Of a stretch of DNA of 64,000 nucleotides, positions 47,681 through 58,581 are shown piece after piece (the stretch's first letter is position 1; each line of letters opens with the position of its first letter). This stretch comes from Asterias rubens (lineage: Eukaryota). Location: contig NC_047069.1 in the NCBI RefSeq assembly GCF_902459465.1, forward strand, positions 8,556,001 through 8,620,000, given 5' to 3'. The notes under the pieces were generated by a model that had not been told where the DNA came from, searched no databases, and was given only the letters and a program-made list of their open reading frames with translations. The translations under genes were made by a program, and so were the position numbers.

Positions 47681-48576
47681 CGAACGTCCTCGTAACAAAT
47701 ACTGAGAAAGTATCGAGTTAGCTGTTGAAACTGCTTTTCAACAAAATGGTCGACCTATGGTATAAATTCAAACACAACTAGTTGAATGGCCTTCGCAAAA
47801 GGCTGTGACACGGAAGAGAAGACAGGCCAATAATATTATTTGTTATATAGAAACTACTGTCGCAATTCCATGATATATGTATCCTTTTTTCTTTCGATGT
47901 GGAATTTTACGACTCCATTTATTCAAACTTCATAAAATTCACCACAAAAAGCCAGAGTTGATGGAACAATCATTCAATGTATACAACTAGGTAGCACAAG
48001 CAATAGCATGGTTTAGGCTATTTATAAATAATAACAATTATTGAGAATGAGTGGTGAAACAATGGTTACTTTTATGTGAAACATTTCCATCTGAAATAAA
48101 GTGATATTCCAGAAAAACATGTTTAAAAGCAGCCAGATGTTGTTGCTACAACCGAAATTGAGGACAGCGTGTTTCTATGCTGAAAAAATGTGCATTATAT
48201 TTCACTAATTTCTCCATGACTCGCATAACGGATTGAGCCAAAGTTTCCACAGGTTTTTTCATATCGTGTTATTGATCACACAAAACATGACATTTTGTCA
48301 GCGCAACCAATCATACCTTAAAGATTATATCTTTTTTGAAGCAAGATGTGCTGCTTGTTACCATAGCATCAACTTTCAATAACACTATCACACAGAGTCA
48401 ATAATAGCACCTGGGGTAAAAAATTATAGACAACGACACTACCTAAAGTACCTTAACTAAGTGTTTTCAAAGTTACAAGTGGGAATTGGTTCCCGCTAAT
48501 TTCATTAATGGCTAGACAGAAGGTTGGCTATACTGCAATGATTACTTACTGATGTTAGTTTAAAGCCAATCATTAG

Positions 48577-48892
48577 GGGATTTTGGTACTTCTTGTTACA
48601 CACAGCATACTGCCAGAGATTTACATTAAATTTTACACCGTATGAAGACAGTGCTAGTAGAAAGCTTACCTTAAAATATTTGTTGTGGTGGTGCTGTAGT
48701 TTGGGGGAAATTAGTAAAATAATGTTCGTCTCCTGAATTTTGTCACTTGTTTGACTAATTTCTCAGAAACTGCAGCACCTAAGCAAGTAATATTTTAAGG
48801 GGAGCTTTCTACCATTATTACCTTCAAACTATGCAAGTTTAATGAAAATATGTGGACCTGTGTTTTGTGTCCTACAAAAAGTACCCAGACCT
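48577..48892. mobile_element. Fold-back MITE family 2, diverged copy
   Basis: Whole-length imperfect palindrome homologous to 49370-49725; right end ...GTACCCAGACCT|TTAA. Confidence 0.75.
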
Positions 48893-48973
48893 TTAAGAAT
48901 AAATGCCTATACCTTTGTATGGAAGCAAATGGGCACGACTACATAGTTTTGTGTTGTATTACAGGTGGTGAAT

Positions 48974-51900
48974 ATGCGAAATTCTTTTGTACTTAAATTG
49001 GTCGCCTTGAGTATTCTACTGTGTGTCTTACTCAATGTTATCATAAATGATGGAGGATCGTTCTTGCTGATTGAACGATCGGACAGTCTCACAGAATTCA
49101 AGAAAAGGTAACAAATATCCGAATATTGTATTCAAATGTCATGGAATCAAGAGCTGATTTTCTGATCAACTGACATAAATCATTGGTATCAGATTTACCA
49201 GTATTTGTTCCGTATGGTTCCTTGAATCACATAGAAATAAAATAACCAAACATGGGATGAGAGAAAAATCAAACTGTCATCATTATCTCTTTGATCCCAA
49301 CAATGTAAAATGGAAGGTCGTTTGGTAACCAATTAATGACAATAACAGCTTATTTTTTGTTCGTTTTAAAGGGTGTCTGTAACTTTTGTAGGACAAAAAC
49401 CACAATGTCCACAGATTTACACTAAACTAACACAGTTTGAAGATAATGATAGTAGAAAGCTTCCCTGAAAGTATTACGTGCTGAGGTGCTGTAGTTTTTG
49501 GGGAAATGAGTAAACAAAATGTGATGAAAATAATTTTCGTCTCATGAGACGAAAATTATTTTAATCATTTACAAACGTAATTTCATTACATTTTTTTACT
49601 AATTTCTCAAAAACTACAGCACCTCGGTAAGTAATACTTGAAGGGAAGCTTTCAACTATCATTATCTTCAAACCCTGTAAGTTTAATGTAAATCTGTGGA
49701 CATTTTGAAAAAGTACCCGAATCCTTTAAAATATGCATCTGCGTTAATATGATTCAAACAGTCCCAAAAACCGAAAGTATATTTTTAAGTTACTTGAAAG
49801 TTGTTTGTATTGCATTTGTGATTTCGATTGTAATGCGGAAATTGTCATTGCAGTTTTCCAGATCCTGTCAATATAGCACTCCCTGAAAACGAGATGCCTT
49901 CCCTGTCATCATTATTTCAGAATTTTTCCTCAATTGAAGATGAAGTCCTTTACATATACCAGAAATATATACTGGCAAACTGGACTCCTAAGCCAAAACT
50001 TCTGAAAATGATGAGGTATGTAATGTTTAACTTATCGTACGGTAACCTTTGATTTGAAAGACTTTAGCAATATTGCGCCTTTTTGTTCGTCAGATCAGTT
50101 TTATCGGTAGAGCTGTGCTTTTGTTGATCCAATTTGTTTTTATCCCGTTTCTTCTGAGGACAATCACAGCATATCTATAGTGTTCTTAACGTTGAGTCGT
50201 TAATCACCGGTTCTTTTCAGAACCAACACTATACTCAAAAGGAGATAGTCACATGATGTTACCGCAAACCTTATAGTTAAACGAGCTGTGTACTATCGTT
50301 TGCATTAAAATCATATTACTCAAATAAATTTAATGAATGGTTTGTCAAATCGTAAAAGCTCACATTCTATGAATCTAAGATCTAAAAGAACTGTCCATAA
50401 AGTTCCACGTAAAACTGCTCTACTTATAGTGACAGTCCAGTCCCCTACTCCAACAGACTTATCAACAACTCTCTTAGGTCACTCCCTCCATCCTTGTAAC
50501 ATTGTGTGTTTTTGTGTGCATTTTAGAACATTTTAAAATATTTTCGAATATTGATGTGATTTTGTATGGTCTCCCTGGTCAGTGTGCTTCTTTCTGTGCA
50601 ATATTTTTATGTGCTTTATGCATTTTGATTTCCTAAATACCTTCCTGTTTTTACTTAAATACAGTTTACAAATATTCCTGTTGTATTTCTTTTAATTCTA
50701 ATGTACACTTTTTTGTAATTCAGCCAGTAGGCTGCAATGAGCAGTTTAGTTTAATACACCATAATAATAATAATAATAGCACCAAAGATCGTATAGCGCC
50801 GTAGTAGGTGCGCCTGTCTGTGGTTATACTTCCTTCATGCTAAGTCCTAATTTCTCACTACCAACTTGTCATATCTTCTCATTATCCCTTTTGTTTTATT
50901 AGACGCGAGATCTTCCGTTCGTCTTCTTCAACCCAAGTTGACCAGATGACGTTGGCGTTAAGTAACGTCGATAACAATACCATATTGCCGTACTTTGAAC
51001 CCAATATCGGTCCAAATCCTAAAAAGTTCAAACCAAGTGCAGAACTCTTCAAGTATTTGCCCAAAGTAAGAGATTTCAAAATCACAAATTTTAATATTGT
51101 CAGTGTATCCATTGTCAAATTATTTCTAAATAGAGACGTTAATTATTCATTGAATGCAATTCAATTAAATTCAATTCATTCCAATTATGTTTTACACACA
51201 TACAGTGTCACACATACAGTGAAATTCACTTAGGTTTGCGAGTCTTAAACATCAAAATGACAAAAGGCACAATGACAAATACACAATATGCAAACATTAT
51301 GCAAAGATAACAACAGTGCAAACTTGCAAACCCCCGAAAACAGAATTAAGAAGTATTGATCATTCAGTAACCATGAATACATCTTTCCTCGACTTGTTTA
51401 ATTTTTTTCAGAATTTGAATTTCAAATAAATAAAATATATCGGTCAATCAAACTGATTTTGTTGGAATCGTTTGATCTCATTGACAGGACGCAACATTTC
51501 GAAAGGGAACTTTGTTCAAGAAGTGTAGTGTTGTCGGTAATGCAGGGCTATTGTTGCACAGTGCATGTGGGAAGGAAATCGACTCTGCTGATTACGTATT
51601 CAGGTACCAAGAATTAACATAATCTTTAAAACACTCCCGGGTATACGGAGCTCTGGAAGTGCCATTTAACTCTGTTTAGATCCTTATATTATACAGCAGG
51701 ATGATGACACTATAGATGAAGCGACATCCAGAGCTGATTTATCATTTAGCCCCTTTCACACGAAGGTAACTTAGCAAAGGTCCCTTGCTAAATTGTAGCA
51801 TTGTTGTAAAGCTTGTGAAAAGGACAACAATTTTTCTAGTTCTTTTGCAAAATCTTGTCAAGCATTGCTACTTTTTACAACCATGCTCAAATATTTAGCA

Positions 51901-54900
51901 TTGGACCCCAGTTAAATTGCTGCCGTGTGAATGAGATGTGTTTCATCTCGGGATCTTGGACAATCTTGTGTGCTCAACATTTTCAGATTGTTATCATTCC
52001 ATGATGACTTATCTCGGGAAGTCGACATTATACCACGTGCAGGGTGTCGTCCATTCCGATATAAATATATCTCGAAGGCGACATTCAGGATGTTGTCTAC
52101 CCGAGATAACTCATCTCATTCTCTTACCTTTATTGTGTCATCACCAAGCAGTAAATCATCTCAGGATCTCAGCAAGTTGGATGGCACTTCCAGATCTCCG
52201 TATCCAGATTATCAAATCAATGGGAGGGATATCTGAGTCCGAATGGCTGCCGAAATGCCTAGGATGTGTTCCATTTTCGTTTCTTTACTTGACTTATCAG
52301 TTTGCTAAGTACAAAAACAAAGTTTCCTCACCGTTTTGTTTTACAAATCTATAAAGATTTTTATTTTTGTTTATTGATTTATTAATCAAACATTCATGGT
52401 TTATTCTTTGATAACAAATTTTCCCATGGCGACCAAGGGTCGAATTACTGGGAAATAACATACGGAGTATACAAATTGTGAACAGTCTGATAATAAAATG
52501 GATCTTATGGATCTTAAGAATTCTCTTTATAGTATGTATCCGATAAATGGCTCCTGATAAAAATTATATATGGTGGAACATGAATACGACACTGCTATTT
52601 CAATTTGACTTTATTTAATTGAATGCTTTGCAGGTGCAATATGGTACCGATCAAGAAGTTTTCAGAGGATGCAGGACTTAAGACAAATTTTACCACCATG
52701 AATCCGAGTATTTACGGAACAAGGTGAGACAATCAGACCTTTGTTTTAAAATTGTATTAACACTTTTTTAATCTCTTCAGTATTTTGTTTCCCTTTCCTT
52801 TTTCTCTCATTCTTTGAAGACTAAGTTTATGTTGTTGTTGTTTGGTGAGATCGTTTAAAAGACTTCAACAAACAGCTTGCAAACACCATATTACTCCGTA
52901 ACCATAGTATATAGAGTATAGGGTAGAAGTGGAAGTGTCGTGGCTGAACGGTTGAGAGCACCGAATTCAAACTCTGGTGTTTCTGATCAGCAGAGTGTGG
53001 GTTCGAAACTCAGCCGTGACACTTGTTTCCTTAAAGCAAGACACTTAACCATTGCTTCGTCCTTCGGATGGGACGTAAAGCCGTTGGTACCATGTGTTGT
53101 ATAACGTATGTAAAAGAACCCAGTGCAGAAAAAGAGAAGGGGTTCCCGTCTTCCTGGCTGTGGCTGCTGTATGCACCGTAGCACCTTGTAAACCCTTGTA
53201 AGGTGCTAAATAATTGGGTCTCAGAATTCATCCCTGCAGTAATTACTGAAAGTTTGTATATACTCAGCGCATTGAGTACCTTGTTTGATAGATACGACTA
53301 GATAAGACAGTTTGATAGATAAGACTTCGATATTATTATAGACTTGGGAAACACGATTTGAACTGATAAACCTGAAGTACTCTAACTCTCCATGTTGTAT
53401 GTCGCAGTCGTTAACAGATTAAATAGTTTTTAAAAAGACGGGTTGTCTCTTTTTCAGATACAATTATTTTAAACGGGACTCGGATATTGAGAAGTTTAAC
53501 TTTGACTTGAAGGAGTACAGCGGCAATTTGTTCCTCCCGTGTTTGATGTATTCTAACTCGGCGAACAGTTGCTTTAAGAAGGTTCTACCAGCAATTCATA
53601 ACACCAACGGTAGGTTGACAACGAGAGTGGGCAATTCAGAACACCTGCTTGGAATATTACAAAAGTGGAAGTCTTCAGGAATACACCTTATGTCTACAGG
53701 TAATTCTCTCAATGTTGATAATCCCCTAAAAGCAAAGTAAACCTTTGGTTCTTTTAACCGTTCGAATCTTCTTTTAAAGCCACTGGACACTTGGTAATTA
53801 CTCAAAATAATTGTTAGTATAAAAACTTGCTTGGTAACGAGCAATGGAGAGCTGTTGATATTATACAACATTGTGAGAAACGGCTCCGAAGTAACGTAGT
53901 TTTTGTAATTTCTCACTAAAATATTTGAATTGAATTCGATACCTAAGCTGAGGTTTCGAATTCAATCATCTGAAAGCACACAACTTGTGCGACAAGGGTG
54001 TTTTTTCTTCCGTTATTTTCTCGCAACTTCAACTACCAAAAATTTCACAGGTTTGTTATTTTACAAGTGAGAAGACTGGTCTTTGACAAAAGGTGTCAAG
54101 GGCCTTTAATCTTATATAAATGTAGATAATTTGTGTCAGTGTGGCAACCCACAAACCATCAGACACATCATTCATGACTGCCCTGACTTCAGACCATCAA
54201 AAGGCGAGCAGGGACTCGTTATATATCATGATGAGGATACCGTCAAGTGGCTTGAAGTCCTATCTAAATTGCATTCATTGTTCACCTTGGTCCACAGATC
54301 AAACGAAAGAAGCAGGGGGTGAACTCTGTTTAAAGAAGCAGGGGGTGAACTCTGTTTAAAGAAGCAGGGGGTGAACTCTGTTTAAAGAAGCAGGGGGTGA
54401 ACTCTGTTTAAAGAAGCAGGGGGTGAACTCTGTTTAAAGAAGCAGGGGGTGAACTCTGTTTAAAGAAGCAGGGGTTGAACTCTGTTTAAAGAAGCAGGGG
54501 GTGAACTCTGTTTAAAGAAGCAGGGGGTGAACTCTGTTTAGCCCCTTTCACACTGCATCTCTTATCTCCGTGTAATACAACCCTGGGGAGGCCCCGGTAA
54601 AAAAAATTACCCCCACGGTTACCCGGCGCACTTTTTTCACGGGGTTCTGGCTGCACGTTTCAAGAACACCCCGGGGTTTTACGGCTTACCCCTATACTCA
54701 GGAGCAGGGGTGGGTATTCCACAGGGTTTACTCATTCACCGGGGCAGACCGGAGGACAAATGAAGTGAGAAACGACCAACCGCTCTTCCCCGTGGATAAC
54801 CCCGGGGGAAAGCGTAGTGTGAAAGGGGCTTAAGATCCATTTGCTGTTCTGTGTATTGATGATTTTACTTGTTCATTTATCCTTGTCTGCCAGGTTTTTA

Positions 54901-55120
54901 TTTGACTCAAACTGCGATCACATTGTGCAATGAGGTACATCTTTTTGGCTTCTGGTCGTTTTCCAAGGCCATGTATCCAGTGCCCAGAGAGCTCCAATAT
55001 CACTTCTTCGATGACATGAAGCAGTCCAAAGCGCACAGCTTTAATACTGAATTCCAACTACTATGGCAGTTGCACGTGAATGGAATCATCAACATTCATG
55101 TAAACGATTGTGATGGTTAG
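48974..55120 (+). CDS. ST8SIA: Alpha-2,8-sialyltransferase-like (GT29), 377 aa; join(48974..49107,49854..50015,50903..51065,51488..51603,52634..52723,53458..53699,54894..55120)
   Basis: All introns GT-AG with consistent phases, 1134 nt total; N-terminal signal anchor [19 protein letters not shown]; sialylmotif L ([24 protein letters not shown]), S ([14 protein letters not shown]), III-like HFFD, VS HSFNTE; terminal LHVNG..C typical of ST8Sia. Family call only, not an orthologue call. Confidence 0.93.
49370..49725. mobile_element. Fold-back MITE family 2 in intron 1 of the sialyltransferase
   Basis: TTAA flanks at 49366-49369 and 49726-49729; long inverted arms around central palindrome AATAATTTTCGTCTCATGAGACGAAAATTATT. 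Confidence 0.85.
50150..50270 (+). repeat. Degenerate hammerhead-repeat copy in intron 2 of the sialyltransferase
   Basis: CUGAGGA-C...GUUC-UUA-ACGU-U-GAG (core GAA lost), perfect GGUUC-UUUUCA-GAACC hairpin at 50209-50224, tail GUUACCGCAAACC. Confidence 0.6.
52930..53340 (+). mobile_element. tRNA-derived SINE, near full length, in intron 5 of the sialyltransferase
   Basis: A box TGGCTGAACGG at 52941, B box GGTTCGAAAC at 53010, conserved body, (TTA)-type tail. Confidence 0.82.
53778..54105 (+). mobile_element. Kolobok-like MITE family 1, diverged
   Basis: TTAA flanks; body matches family 1. Confidence 0.82.
54110..54312 (+). mobile_element. 5'-truncated 3' end of an RTE/RTEX-like LINE
   Basis: Encodes [17 protein letters not shown] (C-x-C-x7-H-x4-C knuckle) then FRP..G..GL..D.DTVKWL, as at the C-terminus of such RTs; ends in CGAAAGAAG. 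Confidence 0.65.
54309..54540 (+). repeat. Tandem minisatellite, 26-bp unit GAAGCAGGGGGTGAACTCTGTTTAAA, about 8.9 copies
   Basis: Eight full units (one with a single G>T change) plus a truncated ninth; no spacers. Confidence 0.97.
54541..54829. mobile_element. PIF/Harbinger-like MITE
   Basis: TIR GCCCCTTTCACACT/AGTGTGAAAGGGGC with TTA duplicated on both sides (54538-54540, 54830-54832); degenerate relative at about 51749-51934. Confidence 0.88.
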
Positions 55121-55302
55121 TGTTGCGTGATGAAGATAATGGCGCCATGGTCTTATGTAGCAGGGGTCACTTCATTGGGGGGGGGGAGGGGGCGGCGCTT
55201 CCCTTCGAAACCTAAGAAAATATTAACATACCAATAGCACATTTAGTATAAAAAACAGGAGTGCTTTTAACTTAAAAGTTAATAGGAAATCTTTAGGATC
55301 TC

Positions 55303-55308
55303 AATAAA
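55303..55308 (+). terminator. Candidate polyadenylation signal of the sialyltransferase gene
   Basis: AATAAA 183 nt after the stop codon. Confidence 0.35.
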
Positions 55309-55518
55309 TAGATGCACAGTTGTTTTCTTCCACAAGGAAATAATTTATTTATAATCACCCTCCTCTTAAAATAAGCTCGAGAATTTTATATAAGTTTTTT
55401 ATTCCGGGTATATTTAATGCACTTATATCACATTGGTATTTGCAAACACCAGTATTCACACTTACAGTGCGACCCACCATATATGTATACCTCAAATATC
55501 AAATCTGTTAAAATTTAA

Positions 55519-56049
55519 AGTCACCTGGAAATATAATTTTTTTTTCTTTCAAACATAAGAGTATGCTTACGAACAATAAAACATATGTTTAAAAAATATA
55601 TAAAGTTGTTTGGGGGGCTGACTCCGCCTACCCCTTTTGTGACGTCAATCGAGGCAGACTTTGCCTGCAATGCGTATAGTAAACACACGTGTAAAGTACA
55701 TGTACGTCCAAGTCGTGAGTTGGTACGTTTCAAAAAGTGTTTTTCTGCATTCAGCAGCAGTACACCTGGTCGGCATTGCCGGGAAAAACCCCCAAAAAAT
55801 CTTTTTTTGAAACGTACAAACTCACGACTGAGCAATTGTGTTTACTCTACGCATTACAGGCAAAGTCTGCCTCGATTGACGTCACGAACAGCCCCCTCTT
55901 GGGTTGGGGTCTACTCTTAAATTTGTAAATAACATAAGAACTGATTTTTAAAAAAAACTTAGTTAACTGTTTATTCACATTCCACTCATCAAAACACATA
56001 TATTAGTGGCAAAAGCTTTATTTTGAAAAAACACCACTTCCAGGTGACT
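55519..56049. mobile_element. TTAA-flanked MITE family 3 with two CRE-containing internal inverted repeats
   Basis: TIR AGTCACCTGGAA/TTCCAGGTGACT, TTAA at 55515-55518 and 56050-56053; internal inverted segments at about 55640-55688 and 55839-55886. Confidence 0.88.
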
Positions 56050-57608
56050 TTAAAGCTCAATTTGGTTATTGGAGTAACGGAAAAAAAAGTGGGATTACAA
56101 AAAACTGTAAATGTTTTCACTAAAAGCTTTTTTTTCCTAATCTAATGTATTTCACGCAAAGAACCATTTAAATCGAAGTTTCCCACCACTATCTTCATAC
56201 CTAGTATTATGTTAATACCTGTGAACTTTTATAACTTTACTCTCAATGTTTATGCACACAATTTAAAACACCAGCTTATAACCTAGGTATAAATGCATTT
56301 TGTGTGTGGTAAAGGACAAAATGAGAGAGATGATAGTGGTGTTTGTATACAGCTGCAGTCAAACAAGCGATGAGAATTTAAAACGAAAACATATACTAGT
56401 ATTGCTTGCAAACAGCAGCAAAAGAAAACCAGCTTTTGAATGCAAATTTGTTATCATCAAATGAAAAACGATCATTGATATACAAAAAAAGTGAACGTGT
56501 TGAAATGTTTTCATTTTTTTTTTCAAAAATAAAATGGAATCACACCCTACCCAAGATACTTTTCGATGACCATGCGAATAACAGGTTTACCACATGTTTC
56601 GCATGTTTGGTTTACGCATTTAACTCTCTAACCCAATTACAGACTGAACAAATATATATAATACTTTTGACGGCTGTAGGCTATATTATTTTGTGACAGC
56701 TCACGTATTGTTGATTTACCATTAAAACCACTACAAGCTGTAAAGAGTTTGCGAATTATTGCTAGAAATCATCCTAAACTGACATATGTATCCTCGTCAG
56801 TTTACTTAAAAAGGGTCCCTCAAGATGATCAATAATCGCACACCATGAAAATATGAAGCATGTATGACAATATGACATGTGCCATTTAGCAACTTGAACC
56901 TCCTGGATGTTGAGCCTAAATTGGGGTGGTTTATAGGGGCCATGCACCGGCGACGTACTCGCTGTATTATTTGTAAATAACAGAAACCTTTTGAGGCAAT
57001 ACGCCTGTGGCATCCGTACGGGTTGGAGAGCAGTCTGAATGGGTGTCATCAGCGCCCCATAAGGAGAGTCCCTGATTTTATAAACAAAAACCCACTCCAT
57101 ATGTTTGGATAAGAACAAATTCTCGACCCAGATCGGTAAAAATAGCAACCCATAAGTCAGCAAAACAATGATAGGAGACTGATTATATTTAAGTGAGACT
57201 GGTTTACGTTTTTCACAGCAAAGTGGGTACTTGTGTTTAGACCCCCCAGAGTTGTTTGTAAATATTACTTGAATATTATAGTGTTGCCAATGTCCTTTCT
57301 TTTTTAATTGTAAGCTTATTTTTGACTTGTGACTTTGCCTAATATGCTGCCACAGCAACATTCTCTCTCCTGCTAAATTGTTCATACGAGCAGTGCTGCA
57401 TTTGAACATATTTTAGTTCTTCTTGCTGTTACCATGACTCTCCTCATATATTTGTGTATTTGTTAGAGTTACCATATGATATTTGTCAAAGTTGCTCAGG
57501 CGGCAAAGCTATTATTTCCGAACCGGTCGAATCGAATGGTGTATTGACCGGTAGGGTGCATATGGATCAAGGTTGTAACCGCCAGTCGTAAAGATTTGTG
57601 TCGTAATA

Positions 57609-57629
57609 GTGTGTGTGTGTGTGTGTGTG
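57609..57629 (+). repeat. (GT)n microsatellite
   Basis: Directly visible. Confidence 0.9.
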
Positions 57630-58360
57630 CGTGTTTTTATCGTTATTTGTTTTTCTTCTCTAAATTAAGGAGTTCTTGCGAACAAGTTTGTTCCAAGTTT
57701 GATGTAATTCAATTGCCAGGTCTGGAATTATTACAGAGTTTTACCTGGAGCACGTTTGATGCTATTGACTGATATTGTCAAACCCCTACCATGATGTTAT
57801 TATGATGTGCAAATACATCACAGGAAACCCAGGCTATAATATTCACATGAGTGACCCCTTTGTGATTGTAAACAAAATACAGAAAAGATGGCAACTTGAT
57901 TAGAAGCAGGAATAATTAAGATTAATTAGTGTAACAGTTCTACTGCATAGTCTGACAGACATTATCCCTGGTTGGTTAGACCAGCCTTTACATGCACTTA
58001 ATAATGAAATGTGGTGTTTCCCTTGTGTGTTTTTTGTTTTTGTTTTGTCCTTATGAAACAAACTTTAAAAGTGTTTTGCTGAAACTTGTTATTGCTTGAT
58101 TACTCAGTCATTCCAATGAAATCAATATATTTTAATCAACTTATTGCACTTATTATCTAACTTCGGCCACGTGAAATAAAATTGCATTTGTACACCTCTA
58201 CTTTAACCTGGTATGCCATTCAACTTGAAGATCCTACAACTGGCACTACTTGTGACGTCTGTTGTATTGGACCCCATATCGCCCTGACCTATCACATAAA
58301 GTCACTCACCCTGATCTTTAACTATTAGCTTAGTAATGCTCCCAACGGTTGGCAATTGCC

Positions 58361-58429
58361 ATTGGTCTATTCCTAACATTACCAATCCAGTGGGGTCGGC
58401 CTTTTCGCGTGTTACGTGCGGTTATAAAA
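58361..58429 (+). promoter_or_regulatory. Candidate ACE core promoter: ATTGG (58361), CCAAT (58382), TATAAAA (58423)
   Basis: Two CCAAT boxes 40-60 bp upstream of a TATA box, about 155 nt before the ATG. Confidence 0.45.
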
Positions 58430-58581
58430 AAAAATCACTAATTCGCCTCTCTACAAACTTCTGTGTGGAAGACACAATAATCGCGTGAGGGTGCCCGGCA
58501 CTGTACTTTAAATTGAGCTGAGCAGTTCATTGATCTTAAAGACACAATTTTTAAGACATTATTCTCGGAAGTGGGGACATC

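Noticed and set aside
49862-50015. Alternative acceptor TTTTCCAG at 49861 for sialyltransferase exon 2
   Set aside because: Out of phase with exon 1; the acceptor at 49853 restores the frame.
41420-53020. Functional tRNA genes at 41420 and 52930
   Set aside because: A/B boxes are present but the spacer is too long, no cloverleaf is evident, and both continue into a shared SINE body.
54309-54540. CRISPR array
   Set aside because: Units are contiguous with no unique spacers, context is a eukaryotic intron, and there are no cas genes.
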